A program made the position numbers and the translations under genes. Shown piece by piece: positions 54,969 to 64,000 of a DNA stretch of 64,000 nucleotides. Source of the DNA: an uncultured Pelagibacteraceae bacterium (GTDB lineage Bacteria; Pseudomonadota; Alphaproteobacteria; Pelagibacterales; Pelagibacteraceae); the NCBI GenBank assembly GCA_902586485.1, contig CACIHO010000004.1:21057-85056 (forward strand), given 5' to 3'. Position 1 is the first letter of the stretch. Every line of letters starts with the position of its first letter. The notes under the pieces were generated by a model. The model was not told where the DNA came from. It did no database searches and saw nothing but the letters and a program-made list of their open reading frames with translations.

Positions 54969-56063
54969 AAATTTTCTTAAAAATAAATTTAACTTTTTTT
55001 TGGAGTATTGTTTTTTGAAAATTGGCTTACCAATTTTTTTTAACAAAACTAAGTTAATTTTTTTAGAATAATTTTTTTTATCTTTGATCATAAAAGATAA
55101 AATCTTATTTAAATCTCTGATAGAAAAATATTTTTTTATAGAAGAAGGTAGACCAGAATTATCAATATGATTTATAATTAAATTATATTCACTTTTACTG
55201 AGCATGTTTTCTTTAAAACTAAAACTCAGTGCCGTTTTCATTCCAAGTATCACGGCTTCACCATGATTTAGTTTATAGCTGTACCCTAAGCCTGCCTCAT
55301 AAGCATGGGCAAATGTGTGGCCAAAATTTAATACTTTTCTTAATGCTATTTCTTTTTCATCTTTTTCAACTACTTTTTTTTTAATTTTACAACTTTCATA
55401 AATTGCTTTCTCAATAAATGGAGAAGAAAGATTTAAAATCTTTTTAAGATTTTTATTTAAGAAACTAAAAAATTTTTTATTATCAATTAATGAATGCTTC
55501 AATATTTCTCCATATCCACAAATTATTTCTCTTTTTGATAAAGATTTAAGAAATTGAATATCTGAGAGAACCAGTGATGGTTGATAAAAGCTTCCTATTA
55601 AATTTTTACCATATTTAGAATTAACTCCAGTTTTTCCACCGATTGATGAATCAACCTGAGCTAAAAGAGTTGTTGGAATATTTGCAAACTTTAGGCCCCT
55701 TTTGAAAAGACTCGCAGCAAAACCACCTACATCGCCTGTAATTCCTCCTCCTAAAGAAATTAAAACATCATTTCTTGAAAAGTTTTTATTTAATAAAACT
55801 TCTAGAATTTTATTAACGCTATTAATATTTTTATTTTTTTCACTAGCATTAAAAAATAACACTGAAACACTTTTATTTTTAAAAGACCTTTTAATATTTG
55901 AGACAAATTTTTTTGGAACATTTTTATCAATAACAATTAAACATTTGTCAAAATCAATTGAATTTGATTTAAAAATTTTTGATATGTTTGATGTTAAATT
56001 TGATCCAATAATTATTGGATATTTTTTGGTTTTAGTTATTATATTTAATCTAGTTTGTTTCAT
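54957..56063 (-). CDS. aroB: 3-dehydroquinate synthase
   Basis: GGG.TGD, PTTLLAQVDSSIGGKTG, LNFGHT and HGEAV motifs. Confidence 0.96.
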   Translation of the reverse strand: MKQTRLNIITKTKKYPIIIGSNLTSNISKIFKSNSIDFDKCLIVIDKNVPKKFVSNIKRSFKNKSVSVLFFNASEKNKNINSVNKILEVLLNKNFSRNDVLISLGGGITGDVGGFAASLFKRGLKFANIPTTLLAQVDSSIGGKTGVNSKYGKNLIGSFYQPSLVLSDIQFLKSLSKREIICGYGEILKHSLIDNKKFFSFLNKNLKKILNLSSPFIEKAIYESCKIKKKVVEKDEKEIALRKVLNFGHTFAHAYEAGLGYSYKLNHGEAVILGMKTALSFSFKENMLSKSEYNLIINHIDNSGLPSSIKKYFSIRDLNKILSFMIKDKKNYSKKINLVLLKKIGKPIFKKQYSKKKLNLFLRKFLTN

Positions 56064-56562
56064 AAATTTCTACAATTTTATTTACTATTTCACTTTTAGT
56101 AAGATTATCACACTTTATCTCATATAAAGCTTTAGAATAAATGTTAGATCGTTTCTTAATTAAATCAATTAACTCAGTATCAGTTGCATTAATCGCTAAT
56201 GGCCTTTTTTTACTGTTTTTAATTCTATTTAACAATGTTTTATCATCCCAATTTAGCCAAAAAGATAAATGATTTTTTAAAATCTCTTTTCTAATATTGT
56301 TATTTGTAAAAGCCCCCCCGCCAAGTGAAATCACAGTAGAGTTTAATTTAAGTTTTTTTAAAGTTGTTTGTTCCTCAATTTTTCTAAAATAATTCTCACC
56401 CTTAACTTCAAAGATTTTTTTTATTGTAATGTTTAAATTTTTTTCGATTTCTTTATCGATATCTACAAAATTAAATTTTAATTTCTTGGCTACTAAGGAT
56501 CCAATAGAGCTCTTACCAGAACCCATCATCCCCAAAAAAACTAGATTTTCTTTTGATTTCAT
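56050..56562 (-). CDS. aroK: Shikimate kinase
   Basis: Likely start MKSKEN at 56562; GMMGSGKS P-loop, GE.YFR, GGG and RPL motifs. Confidence 0.94.
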   Translation of the reverse strand: MKSKENLVFLGMMGSGKSSIGSLVAKKLKFNFVDIDKEIEKNLNITIKKIFEVKGENYFRKIEEQTTLKKLKLNSTVISLGGGAFTNNNIRKEILKNHLSFWLNWDDKTLLNRIKNSKKRPLAINATDTELIDLIKKRSNIYSKALYEIKCDNLTKSEIVNKIVEIYETN

Positions 56563-56619
56563 AAGTTTCTTTATTGAAAAAACATAAATATGTCTTAATT
56601 TGAAATTATCTAAAAGTAT

Positions 56620-56802
56620 ATGCAATTCATTAAAAACACAAGTTCAGGCAAAGCAAATATCATAGGACTTGTGATTAAATCTATAATTGGATTAGGGGTT
56701 ATTTTAGGTATTATTTTTTTTCTAAGTACAATTGATTTTCCTGCACCTAAAAAAGAAATTGAAAAAATTATTTCAAATGAAAATTTTAAAATTGTTAAAT
56801 AA
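56620..56802 (+). CDS. Small single-TM conserved hypothetical protein
   Basis: 60 aa with one TM helix followed by DFPAP; divergent from aroK; overlaps the next gene. Confidence 0.65.
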   Translation: MQFIKNTSSGKANIIGLVIKSIIGLGVILGIIFFLSTIDFPAPKKEIEKIISNENFKIVK

Positions 56803-58540
56803 GAAAATTATTTTAATTAAATTAGTTTGTCTTATTTTTTTTACACCTGCGTTTGCAGAAGAGAAACCGATTGATATTTGGAATATAAAAAAAAAAGATA
56901 ATCAAGTTGTTTCAGAAACAAATATTTCAAGTGAAAATTCTAGCGGAACTACTCAAAATAGTCTTTACGAATTACAATCAAATAAACAAACAGATACAAT
57001 TAAACTAGATAAAGAATTTTCATCAAAAGAAATTAAAATTGTTGGGTTATATGATCCAAGTGAATACGGCTTAAGTATGGATATGTGGTCAAACTCGGAT
57101 GGCACTAAATTAAAGAATTTATTTCAGAATATTAATAAGTTTAATCTTTCTGAGGATGCGTCTGATATAATGCACATATCTTTATTAACCAATGCTTATT
57201 CTCCAACTCAAAACATTACTGAGCAAGAATTTATGAGCTTTAAATCTGATTGGTTAATAAAGGATGCAAACTTAGAATTAATAGAAGAATATTTAATTAA
57301 AAATCAAATAATAAATTTACACCCAAATTTGGCAAGATATTTAGTTGATACTTATTTATCTGAGTCAAACGTAAAAAAATCATGTGAGATTTTTTCTAAA
57401 AATAAAGAACCCCTTCAAGATGAATATCTATCAAAATTTAATTTATATTGTTTAATCAATTATGGAAAAAATGAAGAGGCACAACTAATTTTAGATTTAA
57501 AAAAAGAGTTAGGTTTTGAAGATAGTTATTACGAAAATAAAATAAATTATCTATTTGGATATCTAGATGAAGCAGATAAAGAAATATCAACAAATTCAAT
57601 TTTAGATTTTCATTTAGCTCATAGAACTAACCCTGAGTTTTCTTATGAACCAACAGAAGAAACACCAAAAATAATTTGGAAATATCTTTCAGCTGCTAAT
57701 TTACTTTTTAAAATTCAAGATATAGAAATTACTGATGTAGAAAAGATTTCCACAATAGAAAAAGCTGTTAATGATAAAAATTATTCTGAAGAGGAGTTGT
57801 TCGAATTTTATAAAAAATTCCAATTTAATATTAATCAATTTTTAAACGCAAAAGAGGCGTATAAATCTTTATCTTCAATCGAGGGACGTGCTCTTTTATA
57901 TCAAAGAACTCTTTTAACAGAAGAACCAAAAATCAAATTAGAATTTATAAAGATTTTAAAGGATCTATTCATATCTGATGAAATAGGCGATGCCTTTGAT
58001 TTAGAATTAAAAAAATTTTTAAGCGAAATTAATGTTGAGGATGTTCCATCAAATTTTACAACATTTTATAATAGTAATCTAAACAAGAAAGAGATAGCAG
58101 ATAAAAAGATTAAATATAATAGTAAAATTTTACATCAATCAAAACTTATAAATTATTTCAATGGAGACTATGCAAAATCTAAAATTGAAGAGGATTTAGA
58201 CAAATTTTTAAAGAAAATTAAAAAAGATAAAAAATATTTTTTATCAAAAAAAGATATAATTTTTCTAGAGGCGCTCAAATCTGATGGAGTTGAAATTTCA
58301 AAAAAATACGACGGTCTTTATGAGGTGAAGCAATCAGAAATGCCTGCCGATATTCAAACAATGATAGATAATAATGAGATTGGTGCTGCATTGTTAAGAA
58401 TAATTGAGGTAATTGGACCTGACAAAATTGAAAATATTGATGAAGATACAGTTTATTTTATTATCAATACTTTAAATCAACTAAATGTTGATTTAATTAG
58501 AAACAAACTATTGCTAAAAGTTCTTCCTTTAAAAGTATAA
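56777..58540 (+). CDS. Exported hypothetical protein (helical)
   Basis: Likely start MKILKLL at 56777; signal peptide ending AFA; GL.D....GL..DMW..S motif. Function unknown. Confidence 0.75.
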   Translation: MKILKLLNKKIILIKLVCLIFFTPAFAEEKPIDIWNIKKKDNQVVSETNISSENSSGTTQNSLYELQSNKQTDTIKLDKEFSSKEIKIVGLYDPSEYGLSMDMWSNSDGTKLKNLFQNINKFNLSEDASDIMHISLLTNAYSPTQNITEQEFMSFKSDWLIKDANLELIEEYLIKNQIINLHPNLARYLVDTYLSESNVKKSCEIFSKNKEPLQDEYLSKFNLYCLINYGKNEEAQLILDLKKELGFEDSYYENKINYLFGYLDEADKEISTNSILDFHLAHRTNPEFSYEPTEETPKIIWKYLSAANLLFKIQDIEITDVEKISTIEKAVNDKNYSEEELFEFYKKFQFNINQFLNAKEAYKSLSSIEGRALLYQRTLLTEEPKIKLEFIKILKDLFISDEIGDAFDLELKKFLSEINVEDVPSNFTTFYNSNLNKKEIADKKIKYNSKILHQSKLINYFNGDYAKSKIEEDLDKFLKKIKKDKKYFLSKKDIIFLEALKSDGVEISKKYDGLYEVKQSEMPADIQTMIDNNEIGAALLRIIEVIGPDKIENIDEDTVYFIINTLNQLNVDLIRNKLLLKVLPLKV

Positions 58541-58561
58541 AAATTATAATAAAATCAAGTA

Positions 58562-59080
58562 ATGGCTATCAGAACTATAATAACAGAACCCAATAAATTA
58601 CTTAGACAAATTTCTAAACCAGTCAATGGTGTTGGTAAAGAAGAGCAAAAATTGATGGATGATATGCTTGAGACAATGTATGACGCAAACGGAATTGGTC
58701 TCGCAGCGATACAAGTTGGTGTACCAAAGAGAATTATTGTAATGGATATAAGTAAAGATGAGAATAAAAAAGAGCCAAGATATTTCGTAAATCCAGTTAT
58801 AAAAAATAAAGATCCAGAAAAAGCAACCTATGAGGAAGGATGTCTTTCTGTGCCAAATCAGTTTGCAGAAATTGATAGACCTAGTAAGTGTGAAGTAGAA
58901 TATCTTGATTATGATGGAGAAAAGAAATTGTTAAAGGCAGATGGTCTTCTTGCAACATGTATTCAGCATGAAATGGACCATTTAGAGGGCATACTATTTA
59001 TTGATTATCTTTCAAAATTAAAAAGGTCAATGATAATTAAAAAATTATCTAAGAAAAAATCTACAGCAGCAGTTCTTTAA
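58562..59080 (+). CDS. def: Peptide deformylase
   Basis: GIGLAAIQ, EGCLS and QHEMDHL motifs. Confidence 0.97.
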   Translation: MAIRTIITEPNKLLRQISKPVNGVGKEEQKLMDDMLETMYDANGIGLAAIQVGVPKRIIVMDISKDENKKEPRYFVNPVIKNKDPEKATYEEGCLSVPNQFAEIDRPSKCEVEYLDYDGEKKLLKADGLLATCIQHEMDHLEGILFIDYLSKLKRSMIIKKLSKKKSTAAVL

Positions 59081-59082
59081 AC

Positions 59083-60006
59083 ATGCTAAAGAAAATAGTT
59101 TTTATGGGTACACCCATGTTCGCTGTTCCAATTTTAAAATCACTTTATCAAAATGGATATCCTATTTCTTGCGTTTATACACAACCACCTCAAAAATCTA
59201 AAAGAGGTCAAAAAATTAACAAGTCACCAATTCAATTAATTTCAGAAACTTTAAACATAGAATTTAGAACACCAAATTCATTAAAAGAAAATTTAGAGGA
59301 GTTAGAGTATTTTAAATCTTTAGAGGCAGATTTAGTAATAGTTGTTGCTTATGGTCAAATTATACCCAAATCATATTTAAATTTAACTAAAAAAGGATTT
59401 ATTAATATACATGCATCTATTCTTCCAAAATGGAGAGGTGCTGCTCCTATTCAAAGATCAATTATGAATTTAGATAAAGAGACAGGAATTAGTATTATGA
59501 AAATAGGAGAGGAACTAGATACAGGACCTGTATGTAATATTTATAAAATTAATATAGAAAACAATTTTAACGCTGAAGATATTAATGAAAAGCTATCAAG
59601 TTTGGCTGCAGAGAAAATTTTAGATAATATCGATGATATATATGAGGATAAAGCAAACTTTATAGAACAAGATCACTCATCAGCGACATACGCACCAAAA
59701 ATTCAAAAATTAGAAGGGCAGATTAATTGGAAAGAAGATGCTAAAATTATAATTGGTAAAATAAATGGACTTTATCCATTTCCAGGAGCTTATTTCATGT
59801 TTAACGGTGAGAGATATAAAATATTAAAAGCAGAAATTGGACAAGCACAAGGAAAACCAGGTGAGATTTTATCTGACCATTTAGAAGTTTCATGTGGAGA
59901 TAAAAAATCAATAAAAATTAAGGAAATACAAAGACAAGGAAAAAAACCTCAAAGTATTGGGGAATTTGTTTTAGGAACACAAATTAAAAAGGGTTCATTT
60001 TTATAA
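59083..60006 (+). CDS. fmt: Methionyl-tRNA formyltransferase
   Basis: FMGTP, VVAYGQI, NIHAS.LP.WRGAAP and LDTG motifs. Confidence 0.97.
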   Translation: MLKKIVFMGTPMFAVPILKSLYQNGYPISCVYTQPPQKSKRGQKINKSPIQLISETLNIEFRTPNSLKENLEELEYFKSLEADLVIVVAYGQIIPKSYLNLTKKGFINIHASILPKWRGAAPIQRSIMNLDKETGISIMKIGEELDTGPVCNIYKINIENNFNAEDINEKLSSLAAEKILDNIDDIYEDKANFIEQDHSSATYAPKIQKLEGQINWKEDAKIIIGKINGLYPFPGAYFMFNGERYKILKAEIGQAQGKPGEILSDHLEVSCGDKKSIKIKEIQRQGKKPQSIGEFVLGTQIKKGSFL

Positions 60007-60746
60007 TGAATAGATACCAAATACTTATTGAGTATGTAGGGACAAATTTTAGAGGTTGGCAAATTCAAAAAAAGGGCCCAACAATCCAAGGATTAATTCA
60101 AGAAAAATTATCAAAATTATTAAAAGAAAAAATTGTTTTACATGGTCAAGGAAGAACTGATGCAGGGGTTCATGCATTTGAGCAATCTGCACATTTTGAT
60201 TGCAAGAATAAAATAACCGATACACTTAAATTTTTAAAATCCATAAATCATTTTTTAAATTTAAAAGACATTGCAATTGTAAATATTAAAAAAAGAAATA
60301 ATAAATTTCATGCTAGATTTTCAGCAAAACAAAGAATTTATAAATACTTTATTTTTAATCAAATAAGCCAACCAATAATTGAAAAGAATAGAGCATGGCA
60401 TGTTCGAAGACCTTTAAATTTAGAATTAATGAAAAAGGGTGCAAAAAAGTTATTAGGAACAAATGATTATTCAACTTTTAGATCTTCAAGTTGTAATGCA
60501 AAAAGTCCAATTAAAACTATAAAATCAATAAATATTAAATTATCAAAAAATAAAATTGAATTTCAATTTAGTTCTCAATCTTTTTTACAAAATCAGGTTA
60601 GATCTATGGTCGGTTGTTTAAAATATTTGGGAGAAAAGAAATGGGATTTGAAAACTTTTGAAAAGAGATTTAAATCAAAAAAAAGAATAATGTGTGCTCC
60701 TCCAGCACCACCAGGTGGTTTATTTTTATTTAGAGTTCTTTATTAA
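60006..60746 (+). CDS. truA: tRNA pseudouridine(38-40) synthase
   Basis: EY.GT.F.GWQ, GRTDAGVHA, FHARF and FL.NQVR motifs. Confidence 0.96.
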   Translation: MNRYQILIEYVGTNFRGWQIQKKGPTIQGLIQEKLSKLLKEKIVLHGQGRTDAGVHAFEQSAHFDCKNKITDTLKFLKSINHFLNLKDIAIVNIKKRNNKFHARFSAKQRIYKYFIFNQISQPIIEKNRAWHVRRPLNLELMKKGAKKLLGTNDYSTFRSSSCNAKSPIKTIKSINIKLSKNKIEFQFSSQSFLQNQVRSMVGCLKYLGEKKWDLKTFEKRFKSKKRIMCAPPAPPGGLFLFRVLY

Positions 60747-61217
60747 TTTATTTTTGTTACTCATAGCAAACTTTTTATTTACTCGCCATCTAGACTCAGC
60801 TCTTACAATATATCCACAACAGTTTTTTGATTTACACTTACAAGGAAATTGTTTGTAGTTTTCATCGTAACCAAATCCATAATCACAGGTAAACTCCTCA
60901 CCTTTTTTAATATCTCTGATTGCTTTGACCCAAATTTTTAATCCCTTTCCATCATAATCACAATTATTATCACAAGAATGATTAATTAAACCTGCAGTAT
61001 TCCATGGAAAATCTCCATCTAGATCATATTTTTTATTTATTGTGAATAAATATATCGGTTTACTATTATCGTACTTATCAGAGTCTTGCGTCTGTTTTTT
61101 TGTTATAAGTTTTCCAACATAGTCAATTATCTTGGTTCCCTCTTTAATATCACGAGTTGCATATAATCCTTTACCTTTATTATCAATTTCAGATTTTTTT
61201 ATTTTATATAACTTCAT
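60726..61217 (-). CDS. SET-domain protein-lysine methyltransferase with post-SET Cys cluster
   Basis: GKGLYA (GxG), INHSCDNN, GEEFTCDY and post-SET CKCKSKNC motifs. Confidence 0.9.
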   Translation of the reverse strand: MKLYKIKKSEIDNKGKGLYATRDIKEGTKIIDYVGKLITKKQTQDSDKYDNSKPIYLFTINKKYDLDGDFPWNTAGLINHSCDNNCDYDGKGLKIWVKAIRDIKKGEEFTCDYGFGYDENYKQFPCKCKSKNCCGYIVRAESRWRVNKKFAMSNKNKLIKNSK

Positions 61218-61250
61218 GAAGATTTTTATTTAGAGTTTTCTTAAGAATTA

Positions 61251-62180
61251 TCAATTAAATTCTAAAAGAGCATCAACGTGTCTCTTAGAGCTATCTCGAA
61301 GTGCATTTAGGTCATAACCGCCCTCTAAAATTGATACAACTTTCCCATTACAAAATTTTTTAGAAGACTCTAATATTCTTTTGGTAATGGTGAAATAATC
61401 TTCTGTTTTTAAATTAAATTGAGCAAGAGGGTCATCCTCATGGGCATCAAAACCAGCACTAATTAATATAAATTCTGGATTAAAGTCTTCTAATTTTTTT
61501 AATACACGATCAAATACGTTTAAATATTCTTCTGAACTTATGCCAGCCGGCAAAGGTATATTAAATATATTGTTAAACTTACCTCTTTCTTGCTCAGAAC
61601 CAGTTCCAGGGTAATAGGGATATTGATGAGTTGATATAAAAAGAACATTTTCATTTTCATAAAAAATATCCTGTGTTCCATTACCATGATGTACATCAAA
61701 ATCTATTATTGCAACTTTCTTATATTTATATTTTTTCAGCAAATAATTTGCACCAATACTCACTGAATTTAAAATACAAAAACCAGCAGCCTTACTTTGT
61801 GAGCTATGATGTCCAGGAGGTCGAACGCCACAAAATGCATTTCTAAATTCTTTTTTTTCTACGCCATCAATTGCAGTAATTATGGATCCAACTGCATCAA
61901 AAGTTGCATCTTTACTTCCAGGTGAAATGATAGTGTCACCATCAAGTGAAGAAAAACCTTTTTTCGGGAAAGAACTTTTTACTAACTTTAAATAATTATT
62001 TTCATGTGTGGTTAATAGAATATCATCTGAAACTTTAGATGGTTTCTTCCATATAAGATTTTTATTATTAAGTTTTTTAAAATTTTCTTCTATTACGGAT
62101 ACTCTTGCTATTTGCTCTGGATGCCCAGGACCTGTATCATGATTTTGGGATGTATCTGAAGTAATTAAGCCAGTTTTCAC
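61251..62180 (-). CDS. Zn-dependent histone deacetylase family protein
   Basis: HPE, DGDT, RPPGHH, GFC, DFDVHHGNGTQ, SAGFDAH and LEGGY motifs. Confidence 0.93.
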   Translation of the reverse strand: MKTGLITSDTSQNHDTGPGHPEQIARVSVIEENFKKLNNKNLIWKKPSKVSDDILLTTHENNYLKLVKSSFPKKGFSSLDGDTIISPGSKDATFDAVGSIITAIDGVEKKEFRNAFCGVRPPGHHSSQSKAAGFCILNSVSIGANYLLKKYKYKKVAIIDFDVHHGNGTQDIFYENENVLFISTHQYPYYPGTGSEQERGKFNNIFNIPLPAGISSEEYLNVFDRVLKKLEDFNPEFILISAGFDAHEDDPLAQFNLKTEDYFTITKRILESSKKFCNGKVVSILEGGYDLNALRDSSKRHVDALLEFN

Positions 62181-63334
62181 TTAAAGTAATTATCTAAGAT
62201 TTTAGTATAAATTAAAGTTAATCTTTTTAAATCAGATAAGGAAACACATTCTCCCACCTTATGCATGGTTTTACCCACTAATCCAAATTCTAAACACGGG
62301 GCTATTTTTCTTATGAATCTAGCATCCGAGGTGCCACCAGTTGTAGATAATTTAGGTTTAATTTTAGTAATCTTTTTAATTGTATTTTGTATCATAAATG
62401 TAGTTTTGTTAGGTTTAGTTAAAAAGGCCTCACCAGAAACACTATATTCAATTTTATATTTTGATTTATTTTTATTACAAATTTGTTTTATTATTTTATT
62501 AATTTTATTCTTTAATTTGTAAGATGTATGTTTGTTATTAAATCTAATATTAAAGGATGCATTAGCTAATCCAGGAATTACATTGTCAGCTGAGTTATCA
62601 ATGTTAATTTTCGTTATTTCTAAATTTGTAGGTTGAAAATCTTTTGTTCCTTTATCAAATTTAATTTCTTTTAACTCCTTTAGTATTCGAACTAAAGCTG
62701 TTGATGGATTGTTAGCTCTATTTGGGTAAGCTACATGACCTTGAATACCAATGACAGATATTTTTCCAGTCATACTACCTCTACGACCAATTTTTATCAT
62801 TTCGCCTAATTTATTTGGATTTGTAGGCTCTCCTACTAAGCAAAAATCTATTTTTTCTTTTCTTTTTCTTAAATACTCAACAACTTTTTTCGTTCCATTA
62901 ATTGCAATTCCTTCTTCGTCTCCAGTAATTAGAAGACTAATAGACCCATCAAATGTTTTGTTTTCCTTACAAAATTTACCTACCGCAGTAACAAATGCAG
63001 CTATTGAGCTTTTCATATCATTTGCACCTCTGCCAATTAAGTATCCTTTCTTAACAGCAGGTTTGAATGGATTAACAATCCAATCATTCAAATTACCAGG
63101 TGGCACTACATCCAAATGGCCTGCATAACAAAAATTTGGACTTGTGCTACCAAGTCGTGCATAAAGATTTTTTACAGGATAACTATTTGTATCTCTGAAC
63201 TCGAGTATTTTAGTTTTAAAACCAAGTTTTTTTAATTTTTTTTCTAAAAATTTAATTACACCAGCATCAGTTTTTGTAACGGATGGAAACCTAATTAGCT
63301 CTTTAGCTAATTGTAGTTCGTTAATTTTTTGCAT
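62177..63334 (-). CDS. dapE: Succinyl-diaminopimelate desuccinylase
   Basis: GHLDVVP, GRGANDMK, GDEE, GRRGS, QGHVAYP and GGTSD motifs. Confidence 0.96.
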   Translation of the reverse strand: MQKINELQLAKELIRFPSVTKTDAGVIKFLEKKLKKLGFKTKILEFRDTNSYPVKNLYARLGSTSPNFCYAGHLDVVPPGNLNDWIVNPFKPAVKKGYLIGRGANDMKSSIAAFVTAVGKFCKENKTFDGSISLLITGDEEGIAINGTKKVVEYLRKRKEKIDFCLVGEPTNPNKLGEMIKIGRRGSMTGKISVIGIQGHVAYPNRANNPSTALVRILKELKEIKFDKGTKDFQPTNLEITKINIDNSADNVIPGLANASFNIRFNNKHTSYKLKNKINKIIKQICNKNKSKYKIEYSVSGEAFLTKPNKTTFMIQNTIKKITKIKPKLSTTGGTSDARFIRKIAPCLEFGLVGKTMHKVGECVSLSDLKRLTLIYTKILDNYFK

Positions 63335-63336
63335 TT

Positions 63337-64000
63337 TTATTCTCTTAAAAGATCATTAACTGATGTTTTTGATCTTGTTTTTTCATCAACTTGTTTAATA
63401 ATTACTGCACAATACAGAGATGGTGCTTGTGGATTGTTTTTATCTGGTAAAGATCCTGGAACTACCACTGAGTAAGGTGGAATTTTTCCATAACTTATTT
63501 CACCGGTTTTTCTATTTACAATTTTTGTTGATTGTCCAATATACATTCCCATACTTAGAACAGAGCCTTCTCCAACTATTACACCTTCTACTACTTCGGA
63601 CATTGCTCCTAAGAAAACATTATCTTCAATAATTGTTGGTAATGCCTGAGCAGGTTCCAATACACCTCCAACTCCAGTACCAGCTGAGATATGACAATTT
63701 TTTCCAATCTGGCAACAACTTCCTGCACGACTGAATGTATCCATCATAGTACCCTCATCAATGTATGCTCCAATATTTACATAACATGGCATCAAAACTG
63801 CATTCTTCCCTACAAAAGATCCTTTCCTTACAGGTGAATTGGGCACCATTCTAAAACCAGCTTTTTCATGATCTTCTTTTGTCCATCCAGCTGTTTTCCC
63901 TTTAAGTAAATGAGCTTTGTCGTACCAGCTACTATAAGGACCATTTAAATTTTCCATTGGATACATTCTAAAACTTAACATGATAGCTTTTTTAAGATGT
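63337..64000 (-). CDS. dapD: Tetrahydrodipicolinate N-succinyltransferase (5' end outside window)
   Basis: Frame stays open to the window edge ([11 protein letters not shown]); VNIGAY, GGVLEP, VVVPG and [20 protein letters not shown] motifs. Confidence 0.95.
   Translation of the reverse strand, partial: HLKKAIMLSFRMYPMENLNGPYSSWYDKAHLLKGKTAGWTKEDHEKAGFRMVPNSPVRKGSFVGKNAVLMPCYVNIGAYIDEGTMMDTFSRAGSCCQIGKNCHISAGTGVGGVLEPAQALPTIIEDNVFLGAMSEVVEGVIVGEGSVLSMGMYIGQSTKIVNRKTGEISYGKIPPYSVVVPGSLPDKNNPQAPSLYCAVIIKQVDEKTRSKTSVNDLLRE

Overview
AT-rich, very gene-dense alphaproteobacterial chromosome segment. Gene content, gene order and tiny or overlapping intergenic spacers point to a SAR11 / 'Candidatus Pelagibacter' genome (inference). 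It runs from the 3' end of dnaA and dnaN through lysA/argH, a helicase-TerB-fdxA-carD operon, an acetoacetate-CoA ligase/aminotransferase/TAXI-TRAP block, thiolase-aceE-aceF, gltDB, thrS-infC-rpmI-rplT-pheST-lepA, gyrB-regB, cobST, aroKB, def-fmt-truA and dapD-dapE. It also holds three tRNAs (Leu-CAA, Arg-ACG, Ser-GGA). I saw no integrase, transposase, prophage or CRISPR array. The most interesting signal is a possible chromatin-like lysine system with three parts: (i) an unannotated 30-aa Lys/Ala histone-H1/protamine-like peptide gene with its own promoter, RBS and terminator (10499-10591); (ii) a convergent CarD with a long Lys-rich N-terminal tail; (iii) an adjacent Zn-dependent deacetylase plus SET/post-SET methyltransferase pair downstream of dapD-dapE. 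Linking them is a hypothesis, not something the sequence proves. Other oddities: RegB with Ser at H+1, a lipoyl domain fused to AceE, a short GyrB with an Asn-rich TOPRIM insert, CobST without CobN, and two more small ORFs missed by the ORF track.
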